From an uncultured Poribacteria bacterium (GTDB taxonomy: Bacteria > Poribacteria > WGA-4E > WGA-3G): a stretch of 64,000 bases of DNA. Below the pieces are notes generated by a model, which did not search any database, was not told the origin of the DNA, and saw only the letters and a program-made list of their open reading frames with translations. The DNA lies in NCBI GenBank assembly GCA_951813565.1, contig OX638351.1:1728001-1792000 (forward strand), in the 5' to 3' direction. Below, in pieces: positions 40,398-49,101 of the stretch (position 1 is its first letter; each line of letters opens with the position of its first letter). Both the position numbers and the translations under genes were made by a program.

Positions 40398-41168
40398 CTA
40401 TCGGCGCGCGACAGCACCACCATCAACCGTCATAATATCTCCACTAATATAGGCGGCATCATCAGAAGCAAGAAACAACACTGCTCCAATATAGTCCCAG
40501 ACTGTCGCACCGCGGTCAAGCGGTGCATCAGGTGAAGCTGGTAATAATTCAGGAAGGTTATCATCGGCAGGAAGATTTTGTGGCGCATTCATACCTGTCG
40601 GAGCACCACCGCCAGGGGCAACAGCATTCACAGTGATGCCGTGTGGACGGAGTTCCAGTGCAAGACTACGGGTTAGTCGATTGACTGCTGCTTTGCTTAC
40701 ACAGTAACTCAAAACTCCAGCATGCGACTCCTCTGCATATATAGACGAATTATTTATAATCCGTCCCCGTATCTCCTGTGCTACCATGACCTTTGCAACC
40801 ACCTGTGCACACAACAGGCACCCTTTAACGTTTACTGCCATCACCCTATCAAACCCCTCTGGTGTTAATTCAAAAAGCGTTTGACGATTGATAATTCCAG
40901 CGTTGTTAAAGAGAATATCAATTCGTTTGAATGTGTCTACCGCTATATCTACAGCTGCCTGAACCTTTACAGGATCAGTGACATCTAACTGCACAGCAAT
41001 CGCATTTCCACCTTCAACTCGAATTTCTGCGGCAACAGCATCGGCATTTCTGCCACCTGCGACAACTACAGATGCACCTTCTCGCGCGAATGCTAAACAC
41101 GCAGCGCGTCCAATACCCAACGGACCTCCACCACCTGTTACAAACGCAACCCGATCTTTAAAACGCAT
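40398..41168 (-). CDS. SDR family oxidoreductase
   Basis: TGGGGPLGIG, NNAG, YCVSK, VDGG. Confidence 0.92.
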   Translation of the reverse strand: MRFKDRVAFVTGGGGPLGIGRAACLAFAREGASVVVAGGRNADAVAAEIRVEGGNAIAVQLDVTDPVKVQAAVDIAVDTFKRIDILFNNAGIINRQTLFELTPEGFDRVMAVNVKGCLLCAQVVAKVMVAQEIRGRIINNSSIYAEESHAGVLSYCVSKAAVNRLTRSLALELRPHGITVNAVAPGGGAPTGMNAPQNLPADDNLPELLPASPDAPLDRGATVWDYIGAVLFLASDDAAYISGDIMTVDGGAVARR

Positions 41169-41248
41169 CTGCTTCCTCTTTCAAAATCGTCTTCTATAAT
41201 TTATTATAGCACAATATGCGATAGATATGAAATGAAATTGTAAGGAAG

Positions 41249-42799
41249 GGGTGTGTAAAGTTTTTGGCATGAATATCACGCTGCTTTTGTGTTTGTATAC
41301 CAATAATTATTCCATGCTTCATTTTTCAACAAACACCTCCACTTCAGCACAGCATTGATACCCGGTTTCTCCCATCTCATAGCAGCTTGTTTGCATCTTT
41401 GTCCGACAACATGTTTACACGCACTTTCAATCACACCACTGCCAATCTGATACCCTTTTTCTCTAAACGCTTTATACTGCATTCGCTTCGCGTGTTTTTC
41501 GAAATACCGCGCTTCTCTTTCTAAAATATCCGATACTTCCGGGGTCTGTGTGTCTAAGCCACGAATGCGTGCGGCTACTTCTGTAATGTTGCCATCATAA
41601 AGGATAGGTTCTGTCGTTTTTACCCAGTCTTGTATCGCCTCTGTTTCAGTCTCTCCGAACGCAACTTTAGCAACATCATATAGATGAGACTTCGCATGCA
41701 TATAATCCACAATCTCTACAGCATTGGGGAAGTATTCATCCGCTAAGTTCCATATCCACGCTGCACCATCACCAAGAAACACAATCTCTTGCGTATCTAT
41801 CGCTTCTTGGTAGATGCCACTATTGGTTGCTAACGCATATAACTCCTTACCAAAATGTGCTGCATCATTACGCGTTGCGACATAACGGATACTTGTCTCT
41901 CTCGCACTTGACACCGCATCAGAACCACATTGTGGATAATCTCTGTAAACACAACCAACTTTTGTCTCTTTCCACCCATCAGGGGAGTTGGTATGACACC
42001 CATCACAACTCACAGGCCATCGCTCATTTTCTGCGAGTTTTTGAGGTGCCACTTGTTCACAGACGCTCAAATCTTCTGACCATTCACTCACTTTGTGTTG
42101 GAGCGTCGTGTGGCTGACTTCTATACCTTGATGCGACAACTCCGATGCCGCTTCTCTATAGTCAAGAAGGGCAGACAGACGACACATCGTTTCAGCAACA
42201 CGACGCGTGTATTGACCCAATAACTTCTGTTTGACCTCCCACGGCGCGTGACGATGTCCTTGTTCACAACAATACACCCAACGATTTACGCTTGTTTTTC
42301 CACAAAGTGTTGTGAAATAACGCGCACGCATACGCAATGGACGACAAAGTTCTTGACACGCTGGACATTCAACTGGTTCACGCTCTTTCTTATTTGACTT
42401 TTTAGAAACACACATTTCTAAAAACTTTTGTTTAAAAGAACAAAATGCTTCGGAAACACGGACTTCAACATCACCTAAAGATAAACCCTCGTCAGAATTG
42501 ATGCCTACATAAAGATCGTTGATCTCTTTTACAAACTCGTTAAAATCTGCTTTGTAATCGTTGCCTTCACAAGGACTTAATGATATACTTGGCATTGGTA
42601 TCCTCTCCTATAATAGTGTGATAATTATTAGGGTAGGATACCATTTATACCAAATTAACGAGAATTGCATTGTTTTCATTGCCGATGGTAAGGGCGGGCA
42701 CAGAGACCCGCCCTTACGATTTAGGGTAATTTGGTATTATATACATTTTCTACAAGAACTCCATTCATTTCAATTTCATGCCAAAAACTTTACACACCC
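41249..42799 (-). mobile_element. ISKra4-like insertion sequence
   Basis: 25-bp TIR GGGTGTGTAAAGTTTTTGGCATGAA; no target duplication seen; a 91-bp MITE is nested at 42647-42737. Confidence 0.85.
41276..42595 (-). CDS. ISKra4-family (UPF0236-like) transposase
   Basis: SCDG, WKETKVG, LGDGAAWIWN, VDYMHA, IGSGVIESACK..V..R.K..MRW. Confidence 0.88.
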   Translation of the reverse strand: MPSISLSPCEGNDYKADFNEFVKEINDLYVGINSDEGLSLGDVEVRVSEAFCSFKQKFLEMCVSKKSNKKEREPVECPACQELCRPLRMRARYFTTLCGKTSVNRWVYCCEQGHRHAPWEVKQKLLGQYTRRVAETMCRLSALLDYREAASELSHQGIEVSHTTLQHKVSEWSEDLSVCEQVAPQKLAENERWPVSCDGCHTNSPDGWKETKVGCVYRDYPQCGSDAVSSARETSIRYVATRNDAAHFGKELYALATNSGIYQEAIDTQEIVFLGDGAAWIWNLADEYFPNAVEIVDYMHAKSHLYDVAKVAFGETETEAIQDWVKTTEPILYDGNITEVAARIRGLDTQTPEVSDILEREARYFEKHAKRMQYKAFREKGYQIGSGVIESACKHVVGQRCKQAAMRWEKPGINAVLKWRCLLKNEAWNNYWYTNTKAA

Positions 42800-43178
42800 C
42801 AGGGTTATTTAGTTTTCTATATTTCTGACGCATTTTATCACATGCGTTAGAAATATAGAAAACTAAATGAGGGGTGTGCATAAATAATTCCGATGTTAAA
42901 TATGCGCTTAAAGGTAGTCCGCACACGCCGTGGGTTTCCGTCCACAAGTTCAAAGAGGCGCAGCATGCCACACGGGGAATGCCATAAGGCATTCGGACCC
43001 GGTGAATGCCATAAGGCATTCATACCGTTGATTTCTTGATTTGGCGCATGCTGCGTTGATTTGGCAATGAATTGCGCGACTACAAACGCATTTCTATAAA
43101 TCAAGCGGCACCTGGCGTCTGTCCCTGTCTGTGTTGATGCGCCAATATTTATGCACACCCCTCAACTAAATAGCCCTG
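42800..43178. mobile_element. CAGGGTT-type MITE with a GAGGGGTGTGCATAAATA-type MITE (42869-43163) nested in its terminus
   Basis: Inner TIR GAGGGGTGTGCATAAATA; 8-bp duplication AACTAAAT. Confidence 0.85.
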
Positions 43179-43195
43179 CTGTATTGATAATCATC

Positions 43196-43224
43196 TTGAC
43201 ATCAGTCCAAAATAATAATATAAT
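43196..43224 (+). promoter_or_regulatory. Consensus sigma70 promoter
   Basis: TTGACA-17 bp-TATAAT upstream of the LamG gene. Confidence 0.75.
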
Positions 43225-43343
43225 TATGTTGATTATATGTGAAAGTTGCGGCAAATTGAAACGGTAACAAAAATTGTTGAGAATATAATTTTCCCTACAA
43301 AACTCTCCTACCACTTATAACTTATAAAAGGAGGCCTCATGTG

Positions 43344-44105
43344 ATGAGAGGTAAAATGTTTAGCAGAAATTTGACCTTGGCGTTTGTGCTTGTTACAGTA
43401 CTCACTTTTATGTGTGCCAATATGGCACAAGCTGCGCTTGTTACTGAAGGTTTGGTTAGCTATTGGAGCTTCAATAAGGCGAGTATACAAGAGGGAACAG
43501 TTAAGGACGTTTGGGGAGAAAATGACGGAAATATCAAAGGTGATGTCAAAATAGTAGACGGAAAATACGGCGAAGCGTTGGAATTTGATGGTGATGAAGA
43601 TTTGGTTTGGATGCCTGATACAGAGTCGCTTCAGATAGATGAAGCAGGTACCATAGAAATGTGGGTTAAAATCGCGGAAATACAAAAATATCAAGGTCTT
43701 TTCATTAAGGCAGGAGCCTGGGCAGGACCTGGATATGTTCTCAGATATAGTTCCCAGTACCAGTTTCAAGGTGGTTGGGAATGGGTTGATTTCCACCAAG
43801 ATGGTGAATTAATAAAAGGGCAATGGTCTCATGTAGCCATGGCCACCGACGGTGAGACAGCATTTCTATACCAAGATGGAAAACTAATAAAAACCCATGA
43901 AACGACTGTTACTGTAGACACTGAACCTCTTTTATTAGGTTTTACTGTAGACGTCTATTGGAAAGGGCTCATTGATGAAGTTCGCGTTTATGATCGAAAT
44001 CTAAATGAAAACGAAGTCAATCAGAACATGAATGCAGAAGGACTGGGTGTCGAAAGTTCTATTGAGAAACTACCTCTTACATGGGGAAAACTTAAGTCTG
44101 AGTAA
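43344..44105 (+). CDS. Secreted LamG (concanavalin A-like) domain protein
   Basis: Signal peptide; GLVSYWSF, GKYGEALEFDG, WSHVA, GLIDEVRVYDR; C-terminal KLPLTWGKLK. Confidence 0.9.
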   Translation: MRGKMFSRNLTLAFVLVTVLTFMCANMAQAALVTEGLVSYWSFNKASIQEGTVKDVWGENDGNIKGDVKIVDGKYGEALEFDGDEDLVWMPDTESLQIDEAGTIEMWVKIAEIQKYQGLFIKAGAWAGPGYVLRYSSQYQFQGGWEWVDFHQDGELIKGQWSHVAMATDGETAFLYQDGKLIKTHETTVTVDTEPLLLGFTVDVYWKGLIDEVRVYDRNLNENEVNQNMNAEGLGVESSIEKLPLTWGKLKSE

Positions 44106-44186
44106 CTTTGGCTTATCGGTACAACTGCTCAATCCATTGGTGCGGTGTTTGGCATCTACATTATCAATAATTTGTCGGGTTCTGTA

Positions 44187-44277
44187 ATACCAAATTAACG
44201 AAAATTACCTTGTTTTAGTGGTGATAGGAGCGGTTAGGAAACCGCTCCTACCGAGACGGATCCCGTTAATTTAGTAT
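44187..44277. mobile_element. 91-bp ATACCAAATTA-type MITE
   Basis: TIR ATACCAAATTAACG...CGTTAATTTAGTAT; same length and ends as 42647-42737. Confidence 0.7.
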
Positions 44278-44306
44278 AAGTCCTGATTTTTATAGAATTG
44301 AAAATT

Positions 44307-45431
44307 ATGAATGCAATAGAATTGACAAAAACTCTTATTGGGTATAACACAGTAAGTCCAAAAAGTAATGTTGAGGTAATGGATTTCCTTACCGGAACGT
44401 TGGAATCTGTTGGTTGCGAAGTGGAACGGGTTGAATATACCGATCCAGCAGGAGTGTTGAAGGTAAATCTGATTGGTCGTAAAGGGCAGAATACAGGTGA
44501 GCGCGGACTTGCACTGCTCGGACACATTGACACCGTGCCTGCGGTCGGTTGGTCAGAAAATCCATTTGAGGCACGGATTGTCGGCGACAAGATGTATGGG
44601 CGCGGCAGCTGCGATATGAAAGGGAGTGTCGCTTGCATGATTGCGGTTGCGTCTCGGTACGATGCTTCTAACTTACATGCCCCGCTCTATATTGTGATTA
44701 CTGCTGATGAAGAGGTAGGCTATTTGGGGGCGAGTGCTGTTGCAGAAAAATCAGAGATGTTTAAACAGCATGGATTTCCACAATACGGGGTTGTTGGTGA
44801 ACCAACCGAATTGAAGGCTGTTTACGCTCACAAAGGGGCAGTTAGGTTTTCCGTCACTGCACACGGACGCGCAGCACATAGCAGCACAGGTGAAGGTGAT
44901 AATGCGAACCTCAAACTCATTCCATTTCTTTCAGAAATGCGCGAAATCCATCAGGAATTGACAACTGATAAGCAATACTTCAATTCTGAATTTACCCCAC
45001 CTTTTACAGATTGGAACATTACAATCAGTGATGGAGAATGTACCGCTAACATCACCGCGCCGCGAAGTGTTTGTAATATTAACTATCGTCCGATGCCCGG
45101 TGATGATCCACAAGTATGGATAGATCGGGGACGCAGTGCTGCGGAAAAATATGGGTTGGAGTTTGACCTATTCATCAATGCCGGTCCTGTACGTACATCA
45201 CCCGATGCTGACATCATCCAAGCAGCACTTGAAATTACTGGAGATACGAAACCGCATACCGTCGCATACAGCACAGATGCAGCGGTCTTTTCTAAGCACA
45301 TGGAAACAGTTATTATAGGTCCAGGAAGTATTCTACAGGCACATACGGTTGATGAATGGATGGCGATGGACCAGTTTGATAAAGGTATCAGTATCTTCAG
45401 CCAGTTTGTGGATCGGTTCTGCGTTTCGTAG
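44307..45431 (+). CDS. argE: Acetylornithine deacetylase (M20 family)
   Basis: GHIDTVP, GRGSCDMKG, ADEEVG, GEPT, AHKG, GPG...QAHTVDE. Confidence 0.82.
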   Translation: MNAIELTKTLIGYNTVSPKSNVEVMDFLTGTLESVGCEVERVEYTDPAGVLKVNLIGRKGQNTGERGLALLGHIDTVPAVGWSENPFEARIVGDKMYGRGSCDMKGSVACMIAVASRYDASNLHAPLYIVITADEEVGYLGASAVAEKSEMFKQHGFPQYGVVGEPTELKAVYAHKGAVRFSVTAHGRAAHSSTGEGDNANLKLIPFLSEMREIHQELTTDKQYFNSEFTPPFTDWNITISDGECTANITAPRSVCNINYRPMPGDDPQVWIDRGRSAAEKYGLEFDLFINAGPVRTSPDADIIQAALEITGDTKPHTVAYSTDAAVFSKHMETVIIGPGSILQAHTVDEWMAMDQFDKGISIFSQFVDRFCVS

Positions 45432-45465
45432 AAACTCCGCAGATAACATTGCGGTATTCAGTCTT

Positions 45466-45792
45466 GTAGGTCGGGTAAAGCGAAGCGAAACCATAAGTGT
45501 CAACTTAAGGATTTATTTCAGGTTGGACGCTATTAAATACAACCTACAAACCTCCCCTTATTGTAGGGCGGGGCACAGAGACCCCGCCCTACAAGGTGTG
45601 ACGGGATTTTCTCGCTAAATTGACGCCTATGGGTAGAGCGAAAGCGAAACCCGACAGATATTCTTGTTTGTAGTCGCGCAATTCATTGCCAAATCAACGC
45701 TGAATACGCTTTTGGTATTCAGCGGGTATGAATCATGGCGAATGCCAAAAGCGCATTCGTCTTTAGGCATTCCCCGTGTGGTATTCGCCATG
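45466..45792. repeat. REP, CCATAAG-type MITE and nested micro-element cluster
   Basis: CCATAAGTGTCAACTTA...TAAATTGACGCCTATGG between duplicated REP halves; CAAATCAACG units from 45690. Confidence 0.75.
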
Positions 45793-45819
45793 ACTTGTCG
45801 CCTCGGACATTTAAACGAG

Positions 45820-46263
45820 TTATGTCCGTTCACGGAGTTCCTTAAAAAAGACAGCGTCCGGTTTGACCCATTCCGCCTCACCGTCTGCCCACACTTCGCG
45901 TTTCCAGATAGGAACAATCTGTTTAAGGCGATCCATGGCATATTGACACGCTTCAAACCCGTCTTTGCGATGCGGAGAAGCAACCGCTACAGCCACACTC
46001 ACTTCACCGATTTCCAGTTTTCCCACACGATGAATCATAGCGACGCGATGGATACCCCACTTTTCCGAAATTTCCGCTGCAATTTCCGCCATCTTCTTTT
46101 CAGCCATCGGCGGGTATGCTTCGTATTCAAGGTGTTTTGTTGGTCTACCATCTGTATTATTCCGAACAGTGCCAAAAAATAGAACCACCGCGCCAGCATC
46201 CGGTGTCTCCACAGCCTCCCGAACCTCTGCACCTGTAATGACTTCAGCGGTAATCTTAAACAT
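45820..46263 (-). CDS. moaE: Molybdopterin synthase catalytic subunit
   Basis: GAVVLFFGTVR, LEYEAY..MA, HRVG.L, HRKDGF, PIWKRE. Confidence 0.95.
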   Translation of the reverse strand: MFKITAEVITGAEVREAVETPDAGAVVLFFGTVRNNTDGRPTKHLEYEAYPPMAEKKMAEIAAEISEKWGIHRVAMIHRVGKLEIGEVSVAVAVASPHRKDGFEACQYAMDRLKQIVPIWKREVWADGEAEWVKPDAVFFKELRERT

Positions 46264-46510
46264 CACTCCCTCCTGTCACTGGCGGAATCAATGCTACTTC
46301 ATCGCCTTCAGCAAGTTCGGTGTTCTCAGTAGCGTATTCCCAATTGACAGACATTTGCATCACTTCATAAAATTCCGCAATTTCGGGCCATTCTTCCTCA
46401 AGTCGTTTTAAAATTGTTTGGACGGTGGCGCCTTCAGGTAGCTGCATCTCCTCTTCGGATCTATCTAACATTTCGTGGCATACGGCAAAGTATTTGACTG
46501 TAACCTTCAT
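46256..46510 (-). CDS. moaD: Molybdopterin synthase sulfur carrier, with GG followed by SDV
   Basis: VKYFA...SVNWEY...GDEVALIPPVTGG-SDV. Confidence 0.88.
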   Translation of the reverse strand: MKVTVKYFAVCHEMLDRSEEEMQLPEGATVQTILKRLEEEWPEIAEFYEVMQMSVNWEYATENTELAEGDEVALIPPVTGGSDV

Positions 46511-46622
46511 TAGGGCTCCTTCGCTATTCTATTCTTAGGTCAAATATAGTTTCTAAAAGTATATCATAACAGCGGAGTGGAGTCAATGGATGCGTGAAGT
46601 TCTCACGGAGCCATTCAATTCT

Positions 46623-46781
46623 TCAGCGTTCTGTCCTCATTATTGAGTCTGCGTTCTCTGCTCTTTGGTCTGCATTTATCCAAGCACTTAAGCTTGGGCC
46701 TGCATAGGATATGTTATTGATAGAAAAGAAAGATAACACACTAACAATAAGCACGATAAAAACTAAACTTCTTGTCAACAT
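46623..46781 (-). CDS. 52-aa signal-peptide-bearing small protein or truncated secreted protein (not in the ORF track)
   Basis: SD AAGGAGG; MLTRSLVFIVLIVSVLSFFSINNISYAGPSLSAWINADQRAENADSIMRTER. Confidence 0.6.
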   Translation of the reverse strand: MLTRSLVFIVLIVSVLSFFSINNISYAGPSLSAWINADQRAENADSIMRTER

Positions 46782-46796
46782 TTGAAATACCTCCTT

Positions 46797-47513
46797 TTAT
46801 TCGGGAACATCAATGAAATCCGGAAAATAGTCTGAAAGGAACATACGTGCCCTACCGTAGCGAGTCATACCACCATAGGGTGTAATTTCACCCGCATCAG
46901 TATGTGTCCACGTTAGTCGCCACAAATCCATCTGACGTGCAGTTACAGGGTCAGCAACAGGATATTGAGCATTAATAGCACGCTTTTGCGATAGATACTC
47001 CAGCGCAACTTTTTGGTATATAGGAGTATCTACCATGCCAATACTTACATAATAGTTCAGAAGATACTGATTTCTGGCATACTCTTGTGCTTCTGTGTCA
47101 TCTGTCGGGAATGGCGATATATGCTCTGCACTCCAGTGTCCGCGTTCTTCTGACTGCAAACGGAGTGCTTTCACGGGGTTTGTTTCAAGCAGTTCCTTGT
47201 GGTATGTCAACGGACCGGTATACGTTACCGCAGGTTCCGCGCTGGGTTCGTGCGGCGTATCTTGCCACACATCAGGTGCGTCAATCGGCACTTCGTGAAA
47301 ATGGTCATCATGTGGCATCCACTTTTTGCCCGGTTCGGCAGGTGGTAGGTTATTTTCTGCAAGGAGGTTACGCTTTTGTTCAAGCAGTTTCGCGTCTTGT
47401 GCAAGCTGTTCTTTGAGCTGCTGCACCTCTGACCACTGGTAATAAATAAAACCACCAGCAGCAATCAGGATTATAATGAGGGCTGCGATGCCCGAATACA
47501 TTTTGCGATTCAT
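46797..47513 (-). CDS. Membrane-anchored protein with coiled coil and HxxHxH motif
   Basis: N-terminal TM; WMPHDDHFHEVP. Confidence 0.8.
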   Translation of the reverse strand: MNRKMYSGIAALIIILIAAGGFIYYQWSEVQQLKEQLAQDAKLLEQKRNLLAENNLPPAEPGKKWMPHDDHFHEVPIDAPDVWQDTPHEPSAEPAVTYTGPLTYHKELLETNPVKALRLQSEERGHWSAEHISPFPTDDTEAQEYARNQYLLNYYVSIGMVDTPIYQKVALEYLSQKRAINAQYPVADPVTARQMDLWRLTWTHTDAGEITPYGGMTRYGRARMFLSDYFPDFIDVPE

Positions 47514-47771
47514 CTAACGATCCTCCTGTTCAAGCTTGTTGTTATTCCTGCTATGCGTTGTTTCCAGTGTGCAGGGCTGTCTCGGACTTGGACAGATCAA
47601 GCCTGGTTTCTGTACCTCTTTTCTCGATGTACATTCGCGTTTGAATTGTTCTTCGCAAGCGGGCGTATCTATCTGCGTAGCATCAATTGTGCCAAACAGC
47701 AATAAACCGCTTCCGATGATGAATGCGAAAGTAAGAATGGAGAGAAGAAGTACTTTGTAGTCTCGTCTCAT
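47514..47771 (-). CDS. Small membrane-anchored Cys-containing protein
   Basis: SD GAGGAGG; TM helix; abuts the next gene. Confidence 0.62.
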   Translation of the reverse strand: MRRDYKVLLLSILTFAFIIGSGLLLFGTIDATQIDTPACEEQFKRECTSRKEVQKPGLICPSPRQPCTLETTHSRNNNKLEQEDR

Positions 47772-47918
47772 CTTGTGCCTCCTCTTTATATAGAGTAGGT
47801 TAATTGTTTTGACAGACTACAGAAATAGGCGGGGAATGCCTAAATAGCATTCATACCGTTGATTAGGTATCTATAAGTTTTAACTATCCCTGTAGAGGCC
47901 GCTGGTCTCTAAAGTACA

Positions 47919-47947
47919 TTGACACTTCAGAAGGTCTATGCTAAAAT
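47919..47947 (+). promoter_or_regulatory. Sigma70 promoter for a candidate sRNA
   Basis: TTGACA-17 bp-TAAAAT with extended -10 TG; no plus-strand gene nearby. Confidence 0.7.
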
Positions 47948-47953
47948 AGACAC

Positions 47954-48063
47954 CAGCGCTGTCAGACTTTTCCTGGCAGTGCTATGGCATCGGCAGTGGT
48001 GCTAACACTGTCGGTGCATTTGAAAAGCACCTCCGACGTAATCCACGCAGGGCGGATTTTTTT
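47954..48063 (+). ncRNA. Candidate cis-antisense sRNA of about 110 nt
   Basis: Promoter; two stems whose mismatches are all G-U on the plus strand; terminal hairpin plus T7. Confidence 0.6.
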
Positions 48064-48077
48064 AACGTCTATAAGGT

Positions 48078-48106
48078 ATTATAAAACTTTTTGCATTTTT
48101 TGTCAA
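48078..48106 (-). promoter_or_regulatory. Consensus sigma70 promoter for the 47771-46623 operon
   Basis: TTGACA-17 bp-TATAAT on the minus strand. Confidence 0.78.
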
Positions 48107-48405
48107 CAACTTTTTTGAATTTTATCAAAAAATATAATTTATTATCAATAACCGAATGGACTTTAAGCAGAACCATTCAGTTTTCCAATAATTTCTACCT
48201 TTTACTTAAACCTCTTCCTGTTGGCATTCCCCGTATGGCATTCGCCATGATTTGTAGCGTTGATTTCTTGATTTGGCGCATTTAGCGTTGATTCACTGGT
48301 CGTGACCCTGTCTTTAATGTTCAGAAAAACGCGAAAACTGAATGGCTATGGAAGTTCTCAAAAGGACTTTGACTTTTTTGATTAAATATGTGATACTTAA
48401 ATAGA

Positions 48406-48872
48406 CTAAACTTTGGACAATTTTTTCAAACGTGAGTCGATATAAGGAATTGGTTCACTAACTTTTTCACCAAATCAAGGAACAACGGACAAAACAGAAC
48501 CCTCTTTGCTCCAGCGGAGCAATATGTTTATAGCCACATTATGTGTCGATATATCCGCTCCAGCGGAGCGGTCCGTGATTTCTAACACATAGCACTCCGC
48601 TGGAGTGCAAGAATATGTGCATACCGTTTTCTATAGACATAGCACTCCGCTGGAGTGCGGAACATATCCGTCATCAAATATGCGATAGCGCGATATTATT
48701 GTGTCGGATTTCTCTAACCTATATGGCGAACTCACGTTATAGTAAATTATGTAAATAAGTTCACATATATTCTGTAGGAGCGATCTCCGAATCGCGACGA
48801 AACCACTAATAGTCGGGAATCGGAGTTCCCTCGGACAGCTCAGATGTCCAGTTAATTGTAGACTCCGCTATA
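48406..48872. mobile_element. Partial CTATAGTTTGGAC-type MITE plus TATAGT-type MITE with REPs
   Basis: Homology to 19241 and 33111 up to about 48660; TATAGT...GCTATA element at 48738-48872. Confidence 0.7.
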
Positions 48873-49101
48873 ATATAGAAACTGCGTGTAAGTTGGTTAG
48901 GGTTGGGAAAACATGGGGTTGAGATTTAAATGGGTAGCCATCTGAGATAGTTGATGTCATTTGCATCATTTCTGCTTGGAAAGCAACATCTTATACCAAT
49001 TCTAAAATACAATGTCCCATTTAACATACTGTAATTTAATGGAATATCAACAGAAAAAAGCATCATAAGTGTATTGGCTGGATTGGACATTATATTCAAA
49101 T

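Noticed and set aside
46560..46625. Selenocysteine or stop read-through at TGA codons (52-aa ORF, IS1595 transposase, FRG)
   Set aside because: No redox motif context or SECIS-like hairpin is evident, and the extensions have no recognisable features.
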